Shown piece by piece: positions 1 to 9,683 of a stretch of 33,759 nucleotides of DNA (its first letter is position 1; each line of letters begins with the position of its first letter). The notes under the pieces are model-generated. The model searched no databases and was not told where the DNA came from. It saw only the letters and a program-made list of their open reading frames with translations. The stretch is from contig JBCBJQ010000064.1 in the NCBI GenBank assembly GCA_038523235.1, forward strand, positions 1 through 33,759, read 5' to 3'. Position numbers and translations under genes: made by a program. The DNA comes from Cyanobacteria bacterium J06626_4 (GTDB lineage: Bacteria; Cyanobacteriota; Cyanobacteriia; Phormidesmidales; Phormidesmidaceae).

Positions 1-77
1 GGTTGAGCGGAGCCGTTCGCAACGCGTCTCCGTGAGGAGAAAACCCGTCTGCAAGATGCTTGTACCTACCTACTTAG
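1..77. mobile_element. End of a probable MITE-like element containing nested short dispersed repeats (truncated by window edge)
   Basis: GGTTGAGCGGAGCCG...AAACC (1-45) is interrupted by TTCGCAACGCGTCTCCGTGAGGAGA (16-40), followed by TACCTACCTACTTAG (63-77). These resemble recalled cyanobacterial short dispersed repeats and a common MITE terminus. Confidence 0.5.
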
Positions 78-323
78 TCAGTGTCTCGATTTGCTAAAGG
101 CAAGCAAATCTCACTCGTGATTTGGCCCGATATCTGTTGCTTGTTCGACTGCACCGCAATTAAGGATGGATTTTAGCTCACCTAAACGGCAATTTAAGCG
201 CCTGCCCAAGCAAGATATCATGTCTTTTCTAATGCTAAAATTTCGTTGGTAAGGGAAAATGCAAGGTAATGTGATCCGGTGAAATCTCCATCAAGGTGAG
301 ATTCTGCCTGATATGAGTTGAGC

Positions 324-362
324 GATGAAATTGCTGTGAGCCCAATGATGAAATTGCTGTGA
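324..362 (+). repeat. Perfect 16-bp direct repeat
   Basis: GATGAAATTGCTGTGA at 324-339 and 347-362. Confidence 0.85.
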
Positions 363-653
363 AATAGGGTTTGAACCTGACCGGTTTGTCGGCTGTCGAG
401 GTTGGGGCTCTGATGAAGACGAGCTCAAGCTTTGTGTTAATCGCCACCAGCTGTATTCGTCTCTTTGCTCTCAAACAGCGCCACCCATCAGGTTCCCTAC
501 CTGTCACGCTTGCTGATGGCCCCTGACTTGGCACCCGATCCCTGGCAAGCTTTACCGACCGGTGTTTTCAACTCTGCCCTTGAGCAGGGTGCTTAATTAG
601 TCAGGGGGGCGCATCTCACTGGCACCCTTAAGACGGCTTTTGTGGCAATCCCG

Positions 654-661
654 GCGATCGC
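654..661. repeat. HIP1 octamer (example; many copies across the window)
   Basis: GCGATCGC at 654, 1064, 1263, 24841, 30431 and many more positions; cyanobacterial genome signature. Confidence 0.95.
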
Positions 662-722
662 CCAATTTTTAGCGGTTTAAACTCCTAGAATGCTGAGGAG
701 GCTTGAATGAGGTATTAAAGCC

Positions 723-1064
723 ATGCGTAGAATTGACGTCATCGGAATTGGCTTTGGCATTTTTTTGCTCGGCGGTGGGCTTTATGTCGGGTTCCGCCTG
801 GCCGGATTGGACGGCCTCTCTGCCGGGGTGTGGAGTCAGGTGATTTTTGTCGGCGGCATTTTAGGCTGGGTTGGCACCTATTTATTTCGGGTCGTCACTG
901 GCAACATGACCTATGGCGAACAGCTCAAAGACTATGAAGAGGCCGTTTTGCAAAAACGGCTAGACGAAATGTCACCCGAACAATGGGCTGAGCTGCAGGC
1001 CAAACTCGAAGCTGACCAAACTGCCGAATCGGAAGCCGAATCTTCTTCCTCTCCCTCAAGCTAG
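723..1064 (+). CDS. DUF3007 family membrane protein
   Basis: MRRIDVIGIG...W..TYLFRV...MTY..QLKDYEEAVLQKRLDEM; two TM helices; directly upstream of trpA, as usual in cyanobacteria. Confidence 0.88.
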   Translation: MRRIDVIGIGFGIFLLGGGLYVGFRLAGLDGLSAGVWSQVIFVGGILGWVGTYLFRVVTGNMTYGEQLKDYEEAVLQKRLDEMSPEQWAELQAKLEADQTAESEAESSSSPSS

Positions 1065-1228
1065 CGATCGCGATGAAATGCCTGATGAAGCGCGCGACAG
1101 CGGTAGACGAGGGCTCCATCTTGCCCTAGATTGCTTGGGTGGCTCTTGAAGTTCACAGGTGTTTCAAAGATGGAAACCGGCTTGAGTCACTGATTGATAG
1201 AACGCTTTGCAGGGGTAAGGGTAAGGTT

Positions 1229-2035
1229 ATGAAATCCGTTTCTGAGCAGTTTCAGGCGCTCCGCGATCGCCAGCAGTGCGCGCTCATTCCCTTTGTGACG
1301 GCGGGTGATCCTGACCTGGCGACCACTGCCACCGCCCTTAAAACCCTTGATCGCTGCGGCGCTGATCTAATTGAGCTGGGGGTGCCCTACTCTGATCCCC
1401 TGGCAGATGGGCCGGTCATTCAAGCGGCGGCGACTCGCGCCCTGCAAAAAGGCACGTCACTCGATGATGTGCTGACTCTCGTCAAAACAGTGGCCCCTGA
1501 AATCAGTGCTCCGATCATTCTATTTACCTATTACAACCCGATTCTGAATCGGGGTATTAACCAATTCTTTCAAGACATTGCCGCGGCGGGGGCTAAGGGT
1601 CTGGTGGTGCCGGATCTGCCGCTTGAAGAAGTCGCCGCCGTCACCGACGCTGCCACTCAGTCAGGCATTGAGGTGATTTTGCTGGTGGCCCCTACCAGCC
1701 CCAAAGAACGGATTCAGGCGATCGCTGAGCAGGCTCAGGGCTTTATTTATCTAGTCAGCGTCACCGGGGTGACGGGCATTCGCGCCGAGATTCAAGACCG
1801 AGTCAAAGACCTGCTCGACGAACTGCGAACTTTAACGGATAAGCCTGTGGCGGTGGGTTTTGGCGTCTCTCAGCCGGATCAGGCCGCCCAGCTGCGATCG
1901 TGGGGAGCCGACGGCGTAGTGGTCGGCAGTGCCTTTGTGAAACGCTTAGCCAGCAGCGATGACCCCACTGCTGGCATCGCCGCTCTCGAAACGTTTTGCA
2001 CCGATTTGCATCAAGCGGTGAAACCGTCTGCCTGA
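1229..2035 (+). CDS. trpA: Tryptophan synthase alpha subunit
   Basis: [57 protein letters not shown] at 1229 preferred over the upstream GTG. Confidence 0.97.
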   Translation: MKSVSEQFQALRDRQQCALIPFVTAGDPDLATTATALKTLDRCGADLIELGVPYSDPLADGPVIQAAATRALQKGTSLDDVLTLVKTVAPEISAPIILFTYYNPILNRGINQFFQDIAAAGAKGLVVPDLPLEEVAAVTDAATQSGIEVILLVAPTSPKERIQAIAEQAQGFIYLVSVTGVTGIRAEIQDRVKDLLDELRTLTDKPVAVGFGVSQPDQAAQLRSWGADGVVVGSAFVKRLASSDDPTAGIAALETFCTDLHQAVKPSA

Positions 2036-2152
2036 CGGTGTTGCTTCAGGCGATTATCGAGCCAGAATATACCCGCACTGTCAGGGCGGATTGAGGGATG
2101 CCTGTCAATCACCTCCCAACCGGCCATGGCGCGGCGGCGACACCCCCCATCG

Positions 2153-2185
2153 GGATAAAAAAGGGGGCGTCAGCTCCCCGATTGC
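2153..2185. repeat. Dispersed 33-bp intergenic repeat, copy 1; terminator-like on the minus strand
   Basis: GGATAAAAAA-N6-GTCAGCTCCCCGATTGC recurs at 33644-33676. The minus strand reads GGGGAGCTGACGCCCCC-TTTTTT downstream of the SDR gene. Confidence 0.7.
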
Positions 2186-2342
2186 TTCGTGATGACTCGT
2201 CAGTGGCCCATTCTCCGACAGAAACCGAGGATCTTGGCACTCTATTTTCCAACACATCCCCACTCTTTTTTCCAACGCCACACCCTCTACCCTCCCACTC
2301 ACTACCGCCTCCCAACAGGATGTTTATCTTCCCACCGCTCCC

Positions 2343-3095
2343 TCAGGTAAGATTCAACCCGCCGTCGACCATGACGATTTCGCCGGTAACGTAGCGACTG
2401 GCCACTAGCATGGAGGCTACATCGGCAATTTCTTCGGGTTCGGCACCGCGTCCCATGGGCGATCGCGTTTGCCATAACTCGCGGGCTGCTGCCCACTTCT
2501 GGCTCATTGGCGTGTTGACCAAACCGGGCGCGATCGCATTCACCCGAATCGAGGGCGCCAGATTCAGCGCCAGCAGCTTAGTCATGTGGTTAAGTGCCGC
2601 TTTGCTCGTGGCATAGGGAATGGACGCGCCCTTGGGCCGAATCCCGGCGTGGGAGCTGATATTGAGAATGCAGCTAGGGTAGGCCGGGCGGGCCGCCTGC
2701 CGCAGGGCCGGTTCCAGAGCGGTAATCAGCGACCACGGCGCGATGACGTTGACTTCATAGAGGGTGCGCCAGATCTCCGGCGTCGCGGCCTGTAAGTCAG
2801 CATGGGGAATCGTGGCGCTCAGGCCGGCGTTGTTTACCAAAACATCCAGTCGGCCGTGATTGGATAAGACCCGCGCGACCAGATACTGCACCTGAGCCGC
2901 ATCGGCCAAATCCGCCTGCGTGTAGGAAGCCCCAGGATGCTCGGCGGTTAAGGCTTTACCCGCCATCACCGAAGCGCGAGAATGAAAGGCGATCGCAAAA
3001 CCATCTTGGGCCAGCCGCAGGGCAATGGCCCGGCCAATTCCCGAGGTTGATCCAGTCACGAGGGCAACTCGCCGTTGGCTGAGAGCAGCGGTCAT
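2343..3095 (-). CDS. Classical short-chain dehydrogenase/reductase (SDR)
   Basis: TGSTSGIG, NNAG, catalytic YATSK, IRVNAIAPG, C-terminal VDGG. Confidence 0.93.
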   Translation of the reverse strand: MTAALSQRRVALVTGSTSGIGRAIALRLAQDGFAIAFHSRASVMAGKALTAEHPGASYTQADLADAAQVQYLVARVLSNHGRLDVLVNNAGLSATIPHADLQAATPEIWRTLYEVNVIAPWSLITALEPALRQAARPAYPSCILNISSHAGIRPKGASIPYATSKAALNHMTKLLALNLAPSIRVNAIAPGLVNTPMSQKWAAARELWQTRSPMGRGAEPEEIADVASMLVASRYVTGEIVMVDGGLNLT

Positions 3096-3392
3096 CGCAT
3101 TCCTGAGATAGAGGACGAACCAGCGTGCGGCAGGTGAGGGCGCGGCTCACCCACAGCATTCCCGATCTCCGAGGTTTGGCACTGCCGAATTTTGACAAAA
3201 ATGGGGTCTGGTCTGGGGATGTTTTGCTGTCTCGCACCCCAGGACCTTTCCCGACCGGATCTTGCCCGCGATCGCCGGCAATGCCGATTGAGAGAAGCGT
3301 CTGAACCTATTGGCCCTAACTGCTCAATTCTGAGTCTTTTCATCTGGCAAAGCGGTATTCTGAAAGCGCCTTTGAGCTTTAGGAGTGGGGCC

Positions 3393-4097
3393 ATGAGGTC
3401 AACTGCCCGCCATTCATCTCACCTATTAACGCTGTTGCAATTGGCCAGTCCGGCCTTGCCAGTAGGAGCCTACAGCTACTCTGAGGGAATTGAGACCTTA
3501 GCTGCCCGAGGAATTGTGACCGATGGCGCCACCCTCTTCCATTGGCTGGCTCAGGAACTCCAGGAAGGGGGTATCCGGCTAGAAACAGCCCTCATGGGCT
3601 GGTGCTACACCGCCGCCCAACAGCCCCAGACCCACGCAGACGACGTGATTGACCGGTGGAATCAGTGGCTCTCAGCCTTTCGCGAAACCGAAGAGATGCG
3701 ATCGCAGAGCTGGCAAATGGGGCGATCGCTGCTGCGCCTCTTTAACGACATTGAGCCCGCGTTGGCTCGCCAGCTGCCCACCACCGCGACCAGTGAACCC
3801 TGCAACTTCGCGATCGCCTACGGTCTGGTCGCCCAAGCGTGGGAAATTCCTTTAGCAGATGCGAGCTTGGCGTTTTTGCACAGCTGGGCCGCTAATCTCG
3901 TCAGTGCCGCAGTGCGGAGCGTGCCCCTGGGCCAAACCGCAGGGCAGCGCTTGCTGCGGCAGCTGATCACGCCAATCCAACAGGCTCAGGCTGAGATTAT
4001 CACCCTGACCGAAACCGACCTGATGGCCTGCAGTTGGGGCGTCACGCTCGCCAGCATGCAACACGAAACCGAGTACAGCCGTCTATTTCGGAGCTGA
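3393..4097 (+). CDS. ureF: Urease accessory protein UreF
   Basis: LLQLASPALPVGAYSYSEGIE, VPLGQTAGQ, C-terminal HETEYSRLFRS; AGGAG RBS before ATG 3393. Confidence 0.95.
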   Translation: MRSTARHSSHLLTLLQLASPALPVGAYSYSEGIETLAARGIVTDGATLFHWLAQELQEGGIRLETALMGWCYTAAQQPQTHADDVIDRWNQWLSAFRETEEMRSQSWQMGRSLLRLFNDIEPALARQLPTTATSEPCNFAIAYGLVAQAWEIPLADASLAFLHSWAANLVSAAVRSVPLGQTAGQRLLRQLITPIQQAQAEIITLTETDLMACSWGVTLASMQHETEYSRLFRS

Positions 4098-4237
4098 AAT
4101 CGCCCTGACCGAGAGACCGCCGATTCTCTGTTGCCACTTCTAGATCTTGCAAAATTCAGTGATATCCGGAGTCTCTTAACCCAGGTCGCTATAATGCCTG
4201 CTTAAGCTGGTTGGCGGTTTCAAATTGAGGATATCCC

Positions 4238-4909
4238 GTGGCAAAGCCTTTTCGTGTCGGGGTTGCAGGCCCTGTAGGATCTGGAAAAACAGCGCTGATT
4301 GAAGCCCTTTGCAAGGCCATGCATCACGACTATGGCCTTGCCGTGGTGACCAACGATATTTACACCCAAGAGGATGCGCAGTTTTTGGTGCGCCGCGCCG
4401 CCCTCGCGCAAGATCGCATCATTGGGGTCGAAACGGGCGGTTGCCCCCATTCGGCCATTCGCGATGACGCCTCGATCAATCTGGAAGCGATCGATCGCTT
4501 GGTGCAGCAGTTTGCCCCCGACATCGTGTTTGTTGAAAGCGGCGGCGACAACCTGGCGGCCACCTTTAGCCCCGAACTGGTGGAGATGACGCTGTATGTC
4601 ATTGACGTGGCGGCGGGCGACAAAATCCCCCGCAAGGGTGGCCCCGGCATCATGAAGTCAGACCTGCTGATTATCAACAAAATTGATCTCGCCCCCTACG
4701 TCGGGGCCGACTTGGCGGTGATGGAACGTGACGCCCAAAAAATGAGAGGCGATCGCCCCTTCGTCTTTACAAACCTTAAAACTCAGTCAGGGCTCACCGC
4801 CATCATCGACGTCATCTGTCGTCAATACAAATTGGGAGCCAGCCCGGCGGTGGCGAGTGCCGCTGCTGAATTTCCCCACGCGCACACCCACGTCCATCCC
4901 CCGGCTTAG
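4238..4909 (+). CDS. ureG: Urease accessory GTPase UreG with His-rich C-terminal tail
   Basis: GPVGSGKT P-loop, ETGGCPH, ESGGDNL, NKID; GTG start with GAGG RBS; TATAAT at 4190-4195. Confidence 0.96.
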   Translation: MAKPFRVGVAGPVGSGKTALIEALCKAMHHDYGLAVVTNDIYTQEDAQFLVRRAALAQDRIIGVETGGCPHSAIRDDASINLEAIDRLVQQFAPDIVFVESGGDNLAATFSPELVEMTLYVIDVAAGDKIPRKGGPGIMKSDLLIINKIDLAPYVGADLAVMERDAQKMRGDRPFVFTNLKTQSGLTAIIDVICRQYKLGASPAVASAAAEFPHAHTHVHPPA

Positions 4910-5046
4910 GATGCTTCATTACGACACAGCCAGAAGCTTTGCGGCCAGGCATTATCAAGCTCGTATCAAGTGCAGTGAATAGGCGCTAAATACTCGATGC
5001 GGCAAGCCATATACGGTCTAGACAACGACAGTCTCTCGGGCCATTA

Positions 5047-5086
5047 AGTGAGGTCGATCACATCAAAATATGTGACGACAATCACG
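5047..5086. promoter_or_regulatory. Two tandem CRP-like sites
   Basis: AGTGA-N6-TCACA (5047-5062) and TGTGA-N6-TCACG (5071-5086), each one mismatch from TGTGA-N6-TCACA. Confidence 0.5.
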
Positions 5087-5101
5087 AGGAAGACGGATTT
5101 T

Positions 5102-5144
5102 TGTATCGTAGACTACATCTCAGTATTTTCCGTGACTTTAGTAT
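5102..5144 (+). promoter_or_regulatory. Canonical NtcA-activated promoter of urtA
   Basis: tGTA-TCGTAGAC-TACa (GTA-N8-TAC, 5103-5116) followed 22 nt later by the -10 element TAGTAT (5139-5144). Confidence 0.9.
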
Positions 5145-5308
5145 CACCTACGATTGCGTCTAGACCACTGTGACCTTGCCGCATCCTTCGAAAGTGGGAA
5201 AAGCTAGGGATGCGCGAGCACTTATAAGTTTCTACCCAAGGCTTTGCTAGGGCCGCTTCACAGTAGAGTCACGGCAGTTCATATATCTAAGCAGGAGCAA
5301 CGGCACGA

Positions 5309-6637
5309 ATGACAAATCGATTTGGAAGACGGAAGTTTTTGCTGTACGGAGCCTCCACGATGGGGACAGCAATGCTGCTCAAGGCTTGTGGCGCTGCCCC
5401 TGATGATGCTGCCACCACCGAACCCGCCGAAGGCGAAGGCGAAGAAACCGCTGCCGCAGGTGGCGATGGTGAAACCATTAAAGTCGGCATTTTGCACTCG
5501 TTGAGCGGCACCATGGCGATTAGTGAAACCACCGTGGTCGATGCCGAGAAACTGGCGATCAAAGAAATCAACGCGGCGGGCGGCGTACTGGGTCGCCAAA
5601 TTGAAGCGATCGAAGAAGACGGCGCTTCTGACTGGCCCACCTTTGCTGAAAAGGCCGAAAAGCTGATCGACCAGGACGAAGTCGTTACCGTCTTTGGCTG
5701 CTGGACTTCGGCTAGCCGCAAAGCCGTGCTACCGGTGTTTGAGTCGAAGGACCACATGCTCTGGTACCCCGTGCAGTACGAGGGCCAAGAATGTTCCAAA
5801 AACATTTTCTACACAGGGGCAGCACCTAACCAGCAGATTGAGCCGGCTGTCGATTGGCTGTTGGAAAACAAAGGTACTGAGTTCTTCCTCGTCGGTTCTG
5901 ACTATGTGTTCCCGCGGACGGCGAACAACATTATCAAAGAGCAACTGGCGGCTAACGGCGGAACCACCGTTGGCGAAGACTACCTGCCGTTGGGTAATAC
6001 TGAAGTCACCCCGATTATTGCCAAAATTAGAGAAGCTCTGCCCGACGGTGGCATCATCTTCAACAGCTTAAACGGTGACAGCAACGTCGCCTTCTTTAAG
6101 CAGCTACAGGGTGCAGGTATGACGCCGGATCTATACCCGGTGATGTCGGTCAGTATTGCGGAAGAAGAAGTGCGGCAGATCGGCCCCGAATTCCTGATCG
6201 GTCATTATGCCGCTTGGAACTATTTCCAAACGGTTGAGAGCCCTGAGAATGAAAAGTGGGTCGCTGACTTCAAAGCCGAGTACGGTGACGATCGCGTGAC
6301 CAACGACCCGATGGAAGCTGCTTACATCATGGTTTACCTGTGGAAGCAGGCGGTTGAGCAAGCGGGTACCACCGACATTGCGGCTGTACGCGAAGCCGCT
6401 TATGGTCAGGAGTTTGCCGCCCCAGAAGGGCCGGTGACGATGAACGCCAATCACCATATTTCGAAAACGGTGCGCATTGGCCAGGTGCGAGAGGATGGTC
6501 TGTTTGACATCGTCTCTTCGACCGACGGCCCGCTCGACCCCGTGCCGTGGAACCAGTACGTGCCTGAGACCAAAGGCTTTGCCTGTGACTGGTCTGACCC
6601 GACCAAGGGTGGCAAGTACGAAACGGAAGGTGCTTAA
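5309..6637 (+). CDS. urtA: Urea ABC transporter substrate-binding lipoprotein
   Basis: RRKFL...LKAC Tat/lipoprotein signal; [33 protein letters not shown]. Confidence 0.96.
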   Translation: MTNRFGRRKFLLYGASTMGTAMLLKACGAAPDDAATTEPAEGEGEETAAAGGDGETIKVGILHSLSGTMAISETTVVDAEKLAIKEINAAGGVLGRQIEAIEEDGASDWPTFAEKAEKLIDQDEVVTVFGCWTSASRKAVLPVFESKDHMLWYPVQYEGQECSKNIFYTGAAPNQQIEPAVDWLLENKGTEFFLVGSDYVFPRTANNIIKEQLAANGGTTVGEDYLPLGNTEVTPIIAKIREALPDGGIIFNSLNGDSNVAFFKQLQGAGMTPDLYPVMSVSIAEEEVRQIGPEFLIGHYAAWNYFQTVESPENEKWVADFKAEYGDDRVTNDPMEAAYIMVYLWKQAVEQAGTTDIAAVREAAYGQEFAAPEGPVTMNANHHISKTVRIGQVREDGLFDIVSSTDGPLDPVPWNQYVPETKGFACDWSDPTKGGKYETEGA

Positions 6638-6673
6638 GCCGACGGTTTAACTAGGATGCAACCTGATTCAGAG

Positions 6674-6719
6674 GAGGGCATAACTTCGCCAACAAGCGGC
6701 AGAGGATGCCCTCTTTTTT
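6674..6719 (+). terminator. Hairpin plus U-tract after urtA
   Basis: GAGGGCAT...ATGCCCTC followed by TTTTTT; long loop. Confidence 0.6.
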
Positions 6720-6988
6720 GATGGAGTTTCATCGGTCAGGCACAATGCTGAGCCTGAAAAGCAGTTGTTTAACGTCTGAGCAATCGTCCGTCACAGACGC
6801 TACAGCGGTAGGTCAACCCTTCAGGCATACCCGTAGGATAAGCACTGCCAAAGCCGGTCGCAGTCCAGCTCAACCATGGCCGGCAGTGATGCGATGTCAT
6901 TCAAGGACGTAAAAGAAGGATCACGGCGGTCAGGATGGACAGACGATTTGCGATCGCAATGGGCGATAACTCATAAAAAGGTGATGGT

Positions 6989-8386
6989 GTGATTGAGGGA
7001 CTGATTAACGGTTTGTTTAACGGCATCAGCATTGGCGCAGTGCTGCTGATTGTCGCCTTAGGACTTGCGATCGTGTTTGGCCTGATGGGCGTGATTAATC
7101 TGGCCCACGGCGAACTCATGATGCTCGGCGCTTACACTACCTTCGTGGTACAAAACGGGGCGAAGGCCCTGGGGGAAGGGGCGTTAGAGTTCTATATTTT
7201 GGCAGCGCTGCCCTTATCGTTTTTGGTGGCGGCGCTGGTAGGGCTAGCGCTTGAGCGGGGGGTGATTCGTCATCTGTATGGTCGCCCGCTAGAGACGCTG
7301 CTAGCCACCTGGGGCGTCAGCCTGATTCTGCGGCAGTTTGTGCGCAGTGTGAACTGGGCCATGATTGCCGGTTTGGTCCTCTTTTGCCTGCTGTTTTTTG
7401 GTGGCCGCTGGATTTTGCAACGGCAAACGCAGTGGGAACGGACGCGGCGGTTGGCAGCTCCCATAATTTTTGCTCTGTCGAGCGCGGTTGCCTTGGCGGC
7501 AGGAATTTTGCTCAACCAAAACGGGGGGACCGCCCTCAGTCGCCCCTGGTTTAGCGCCCGCAATGTGGATGTCACCGCCCCCAGCTGGCTGCGGGGAGGC
7601 TTATCTTTGCCCCCCGCAACGGGTGTCTACTGGGCAATCACATGGGGAATCATCTATTTCGGGGCGCTATTCCTGATTTGGCGGATACTCTTAGCCCAAA
7701 CGCTCATTGCTCCACAAAATAGAGGGCGATCTACCAGCATTTTCTTTACTGGAGCTGCCGTTCTCTCGATTCTATTCGGTTCACTGATTTACACCTTAGA
7801 ACCCTCCATTCCGATCCCTGAGTGGTTTGGCAATGGCTCAGCCATACAGTTTCCGAGTGCCCGCTTGTTTATCATTGCGCTCACAATCGTGTGCTTGCTA
7901 GGGGTCTATTGGTTTCTCAACGGCACGGCTTGGGGGTTACGCATGCGCTCCGTCACCCAAAACCGCAAGATGAGCGCCTGTCTGGGCATCCCGACGGAGC
8001 GAGTTGACGCCCTGACCTTTGCTCTGGGGTCGGGCTTGGCAGGTATCGCCGGTTGTGCGGTGACGCTGCTGGGCTCGGTGGGGCCCAACCTGGGCGGCAA
8101 CTACATTGTGGATGCCTTCATGGTGGTCGTAGTTGGCGGGGTCGGCAAACTGGTCGGCAGCATCGTCGCTGCCCTCGTGATTGGCATCATCACCTATCTG
8201 CTCGGGTCGGGCACGATCACGCTTTTGCTAACGCCCTATGAGGCCCTACAGCCCGTCACCGATGTCTTCACCTTTTTTGCCACCACGAGCATGGCCAAGG
8301 TAATGGTCTTCGCGTTGATTATCGCCTTTCTGCAGTGGAAGCCCGCCGGCATGTTTCCACAGAAAGGCCGTTCGGTGGAGGTTTAA
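6989..8386 (+). CDS. urtB: Urea ABC transporter permease UrtB, elongated by an internal duplication
   Basis: GLAIVFGLMGVINLAHGELMMLGAY, LYGRPLETLLATWG, YIVDAFMVVVVGG, KPAGMFPQKGR. Confidence 0.94.
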   Translation: MIEGLINGLFNGISIGAVLLIVALGLAIVFGLMGVINLAHGELMMLGAYTTFVVQNGAKALGEGALEFYILAALPLSFLVAALVGLALERGVIRHLYGRPLETLLATWGVSLILRQFVRSVNWAMIAGLVLFCLLFFGGRWILQRQTQWERTRRLAAPIIFALSSAVALAAGILLNQNGGTALSRPWFSARNVDVTAPSWLRGGLSLPPATGVYWAITWGIIYFGALFLIWRILLAQTLIAPQNRGRSTSIFFTGAAVLSILFGSLIYTLEPSIPIPEWFGNGSAIQFPSARLFIIALTIVCLLGVYWFLNGTAWGLRMRSVTQNRKMSACLGIPTERVDALTFALGSGLAGIAGCAVTLLGSVGPNLGGNYIVDAFMVVVVGGVGKLVGSIVAALVIGIITYLLGSGTITLLLTPYEALQPVTDVFTFFATTSMAKVMVFALIIAFLQWKPAGMFPQKGRSVEV

Positions 8387-8395
8387 GCAACAATT

Positions 8396-9580
8396 ATGGC
8401 GACCGAAACATCAATGCGGCCCCGGCAGGAAGTTAAGGCCCAACAATCGCAGCAGCGCAAGCTTGAAATCATTGGCATCATCGCCTTTGTCGTGCTGATG
8501 GCGGTGGTGTTGCCCTTGGTGCTGAGCGGCTTTCGTTTAGGTTTGCTAGGTCGATTTTTGTCCCTAGCGATCGTCGCGCTCGGCATCGACTTGATCTGGG
8601 GCTTTACTGGCCTGCTCAGCCTCGGGCACGGCATTTTCTTTGCCCTCGGCGGCTACGCCTTTGCCATGTTTTTGCAGCTCAACAGTTTAGGCGAAGGCCA
8701 AATTCCAGAGTTTTTTGGCCTCTACGGCGTTGATACTCTGCCCTGGTTTTGGGAGCCCTTTGCGTCTTTGCCCTTTACGCTGTTGGCCATTTTTATCCTG
8801 CCCGCGATCGTGGCGGGGCTGCTAGGCTATCTGGTTTTTCGTAACCGGATTCGCGGCGTCTACTTTTCCATCCTGACGCAAGCGGCGCTGGTGGTCTTTT
8901 TTAACCTATTCAACGGTCAGCAGAAGTGGATTAACGGCACCAACGGCCTCAAAACCGACACCAGTGTTTTCTTCGGACAACAGGTGGGCAGCGAGTCGAT
9001 GCAGATGACGTTTTATCTGATTACGGTCGCTGTGCTGGTGGTGATGTATCTGCTCTGTCGCTGGCTCACCAGTGGTCGCTTTGGGCGGCTATTGATCGCC
9101 ATTCGCGATGATGAAAACCGGGTACGGTTCTCTGGCTATGACCCCACCGGTTTTAAGGTGTTGGTGTTTGCCGTGTCGGGGGCGATCGCGGGTATTGCGG
9201 GGGCTTTATACACCGTGCAATCAGGCATTGTCTCACCGCAGTTTATGGATATTGCCTTCTCGATTGAGATGGTGATTTGGGTCGCGGTCGGTGGTCGGGC
9301 CACCCTCGTCGGCGCGATTCTGGGGGCGCTACTGGTGAACTGGGCCAGGGCGCTGCTGAGTGAGAGCTTTCCAGAAGTGTGGCTGTTTTTTCAGGGAGCG
9401 CTGTTCCTCTTAGTGGTGACAGCCCTGCCCGATGGCCTGGTCGGCTGGTTTCGCCAGCAGGCTCCTCAACAGGTGCGATCGCTGATCAGCAAACCCGAAC
9501 CGCTGCTCACCTATCCCCAGATTGAACTAGATCCGGATATTCAAAAAGAACGTCAGGAAATTGGCGATCGCGGGGCTTAG
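8396..9580 (+). CDS. urtC: Urea ABC transporter permease UrtC
   Basis: IDLIWGFTGLLSLGHGIFFALGGY, RIRGVYFSILTQA, AIRDDENRVRFSGY, SIEMVIWVAVGGR. Confidence 0.96.
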   Translation: MATETSMRPRQEVKAQQSQQRKLEIIGIIAFVVLMAVVLPLVLSGFRLGLLGRFLSLAIVALGIDLIWGFTGLLSLGHGIFFALGGYAFAMFLQLNSLGEGQIPEFFGLYGVDTLPWFWEPFASLPFTLLAIFILPAIVAGLLGYLVFRNRIRGVYFSILTQAALVVFFNLFNGQQKWINGTNGLKTDTSVFFGQQVGSESMQMTFYLITVAVLVVMYLLCRWLTSGRFGRLLIAIRDDENRVRFSGYDPTGFKVLVFAVSGAIAGIAGALYTVQSGIVSPQFMDIAFSIEMVIWVAVGGRATLVGAILGALLVNWARALLSESFPEVWLFFQGALFLLVVTALPDGLVGWFRQQAPQQVRSLISKPEPLLTYPQIELDPDIQKERQEIGDRGA

Positions 9581-9609
9581 CGATCGATGCCCATTGCCAC
9601 TCGCCCGCC

Positions 9610-9683
9610 GTACGGGCGAGGCAGGGCGGCCAGATTGTGATGGATTCAGCCGAAAGATTTTTCCCGCCTTGCCTCGCCCCTAC
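9610..9683. repeat. REP/REPIN-like inverted repeat between urtC and urtD
   Basis: GTACGGGCGAGGCAGGGCGG (9610-9629) and CCGCCTTGCCTCGCCCCTAC (9664-9683) are 18/20 complementary; CCCCTAC end as in GTAG-family REPs. Confidence 0.65.

Noticed and set aside
235..534. 99-aa minus-strand ORF
   Set aside because: No recognisable motif and no clear RBS; likely a chance ORF
2170..2232. Hammerhead-like core on the minus strand (CTGACGA-GTCATCAC-GAAG)
   Set aside because: GAAA core is GAAG, stem II is only 2 bp and stem I is weak; an Infernal search would be needed to rescue it
2098..2394. Pro-rich ORFs between trpA and the SDR gene
   Set aside because: They result from C-rich low-complexity, STRR-like intergenic DNA
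3096..3392. Possible riboswitch upstream of the SDR gene
   Set aside because: A GGTGAG/CTCACC hairpin is present, but no aptamer consensus that I can recognise
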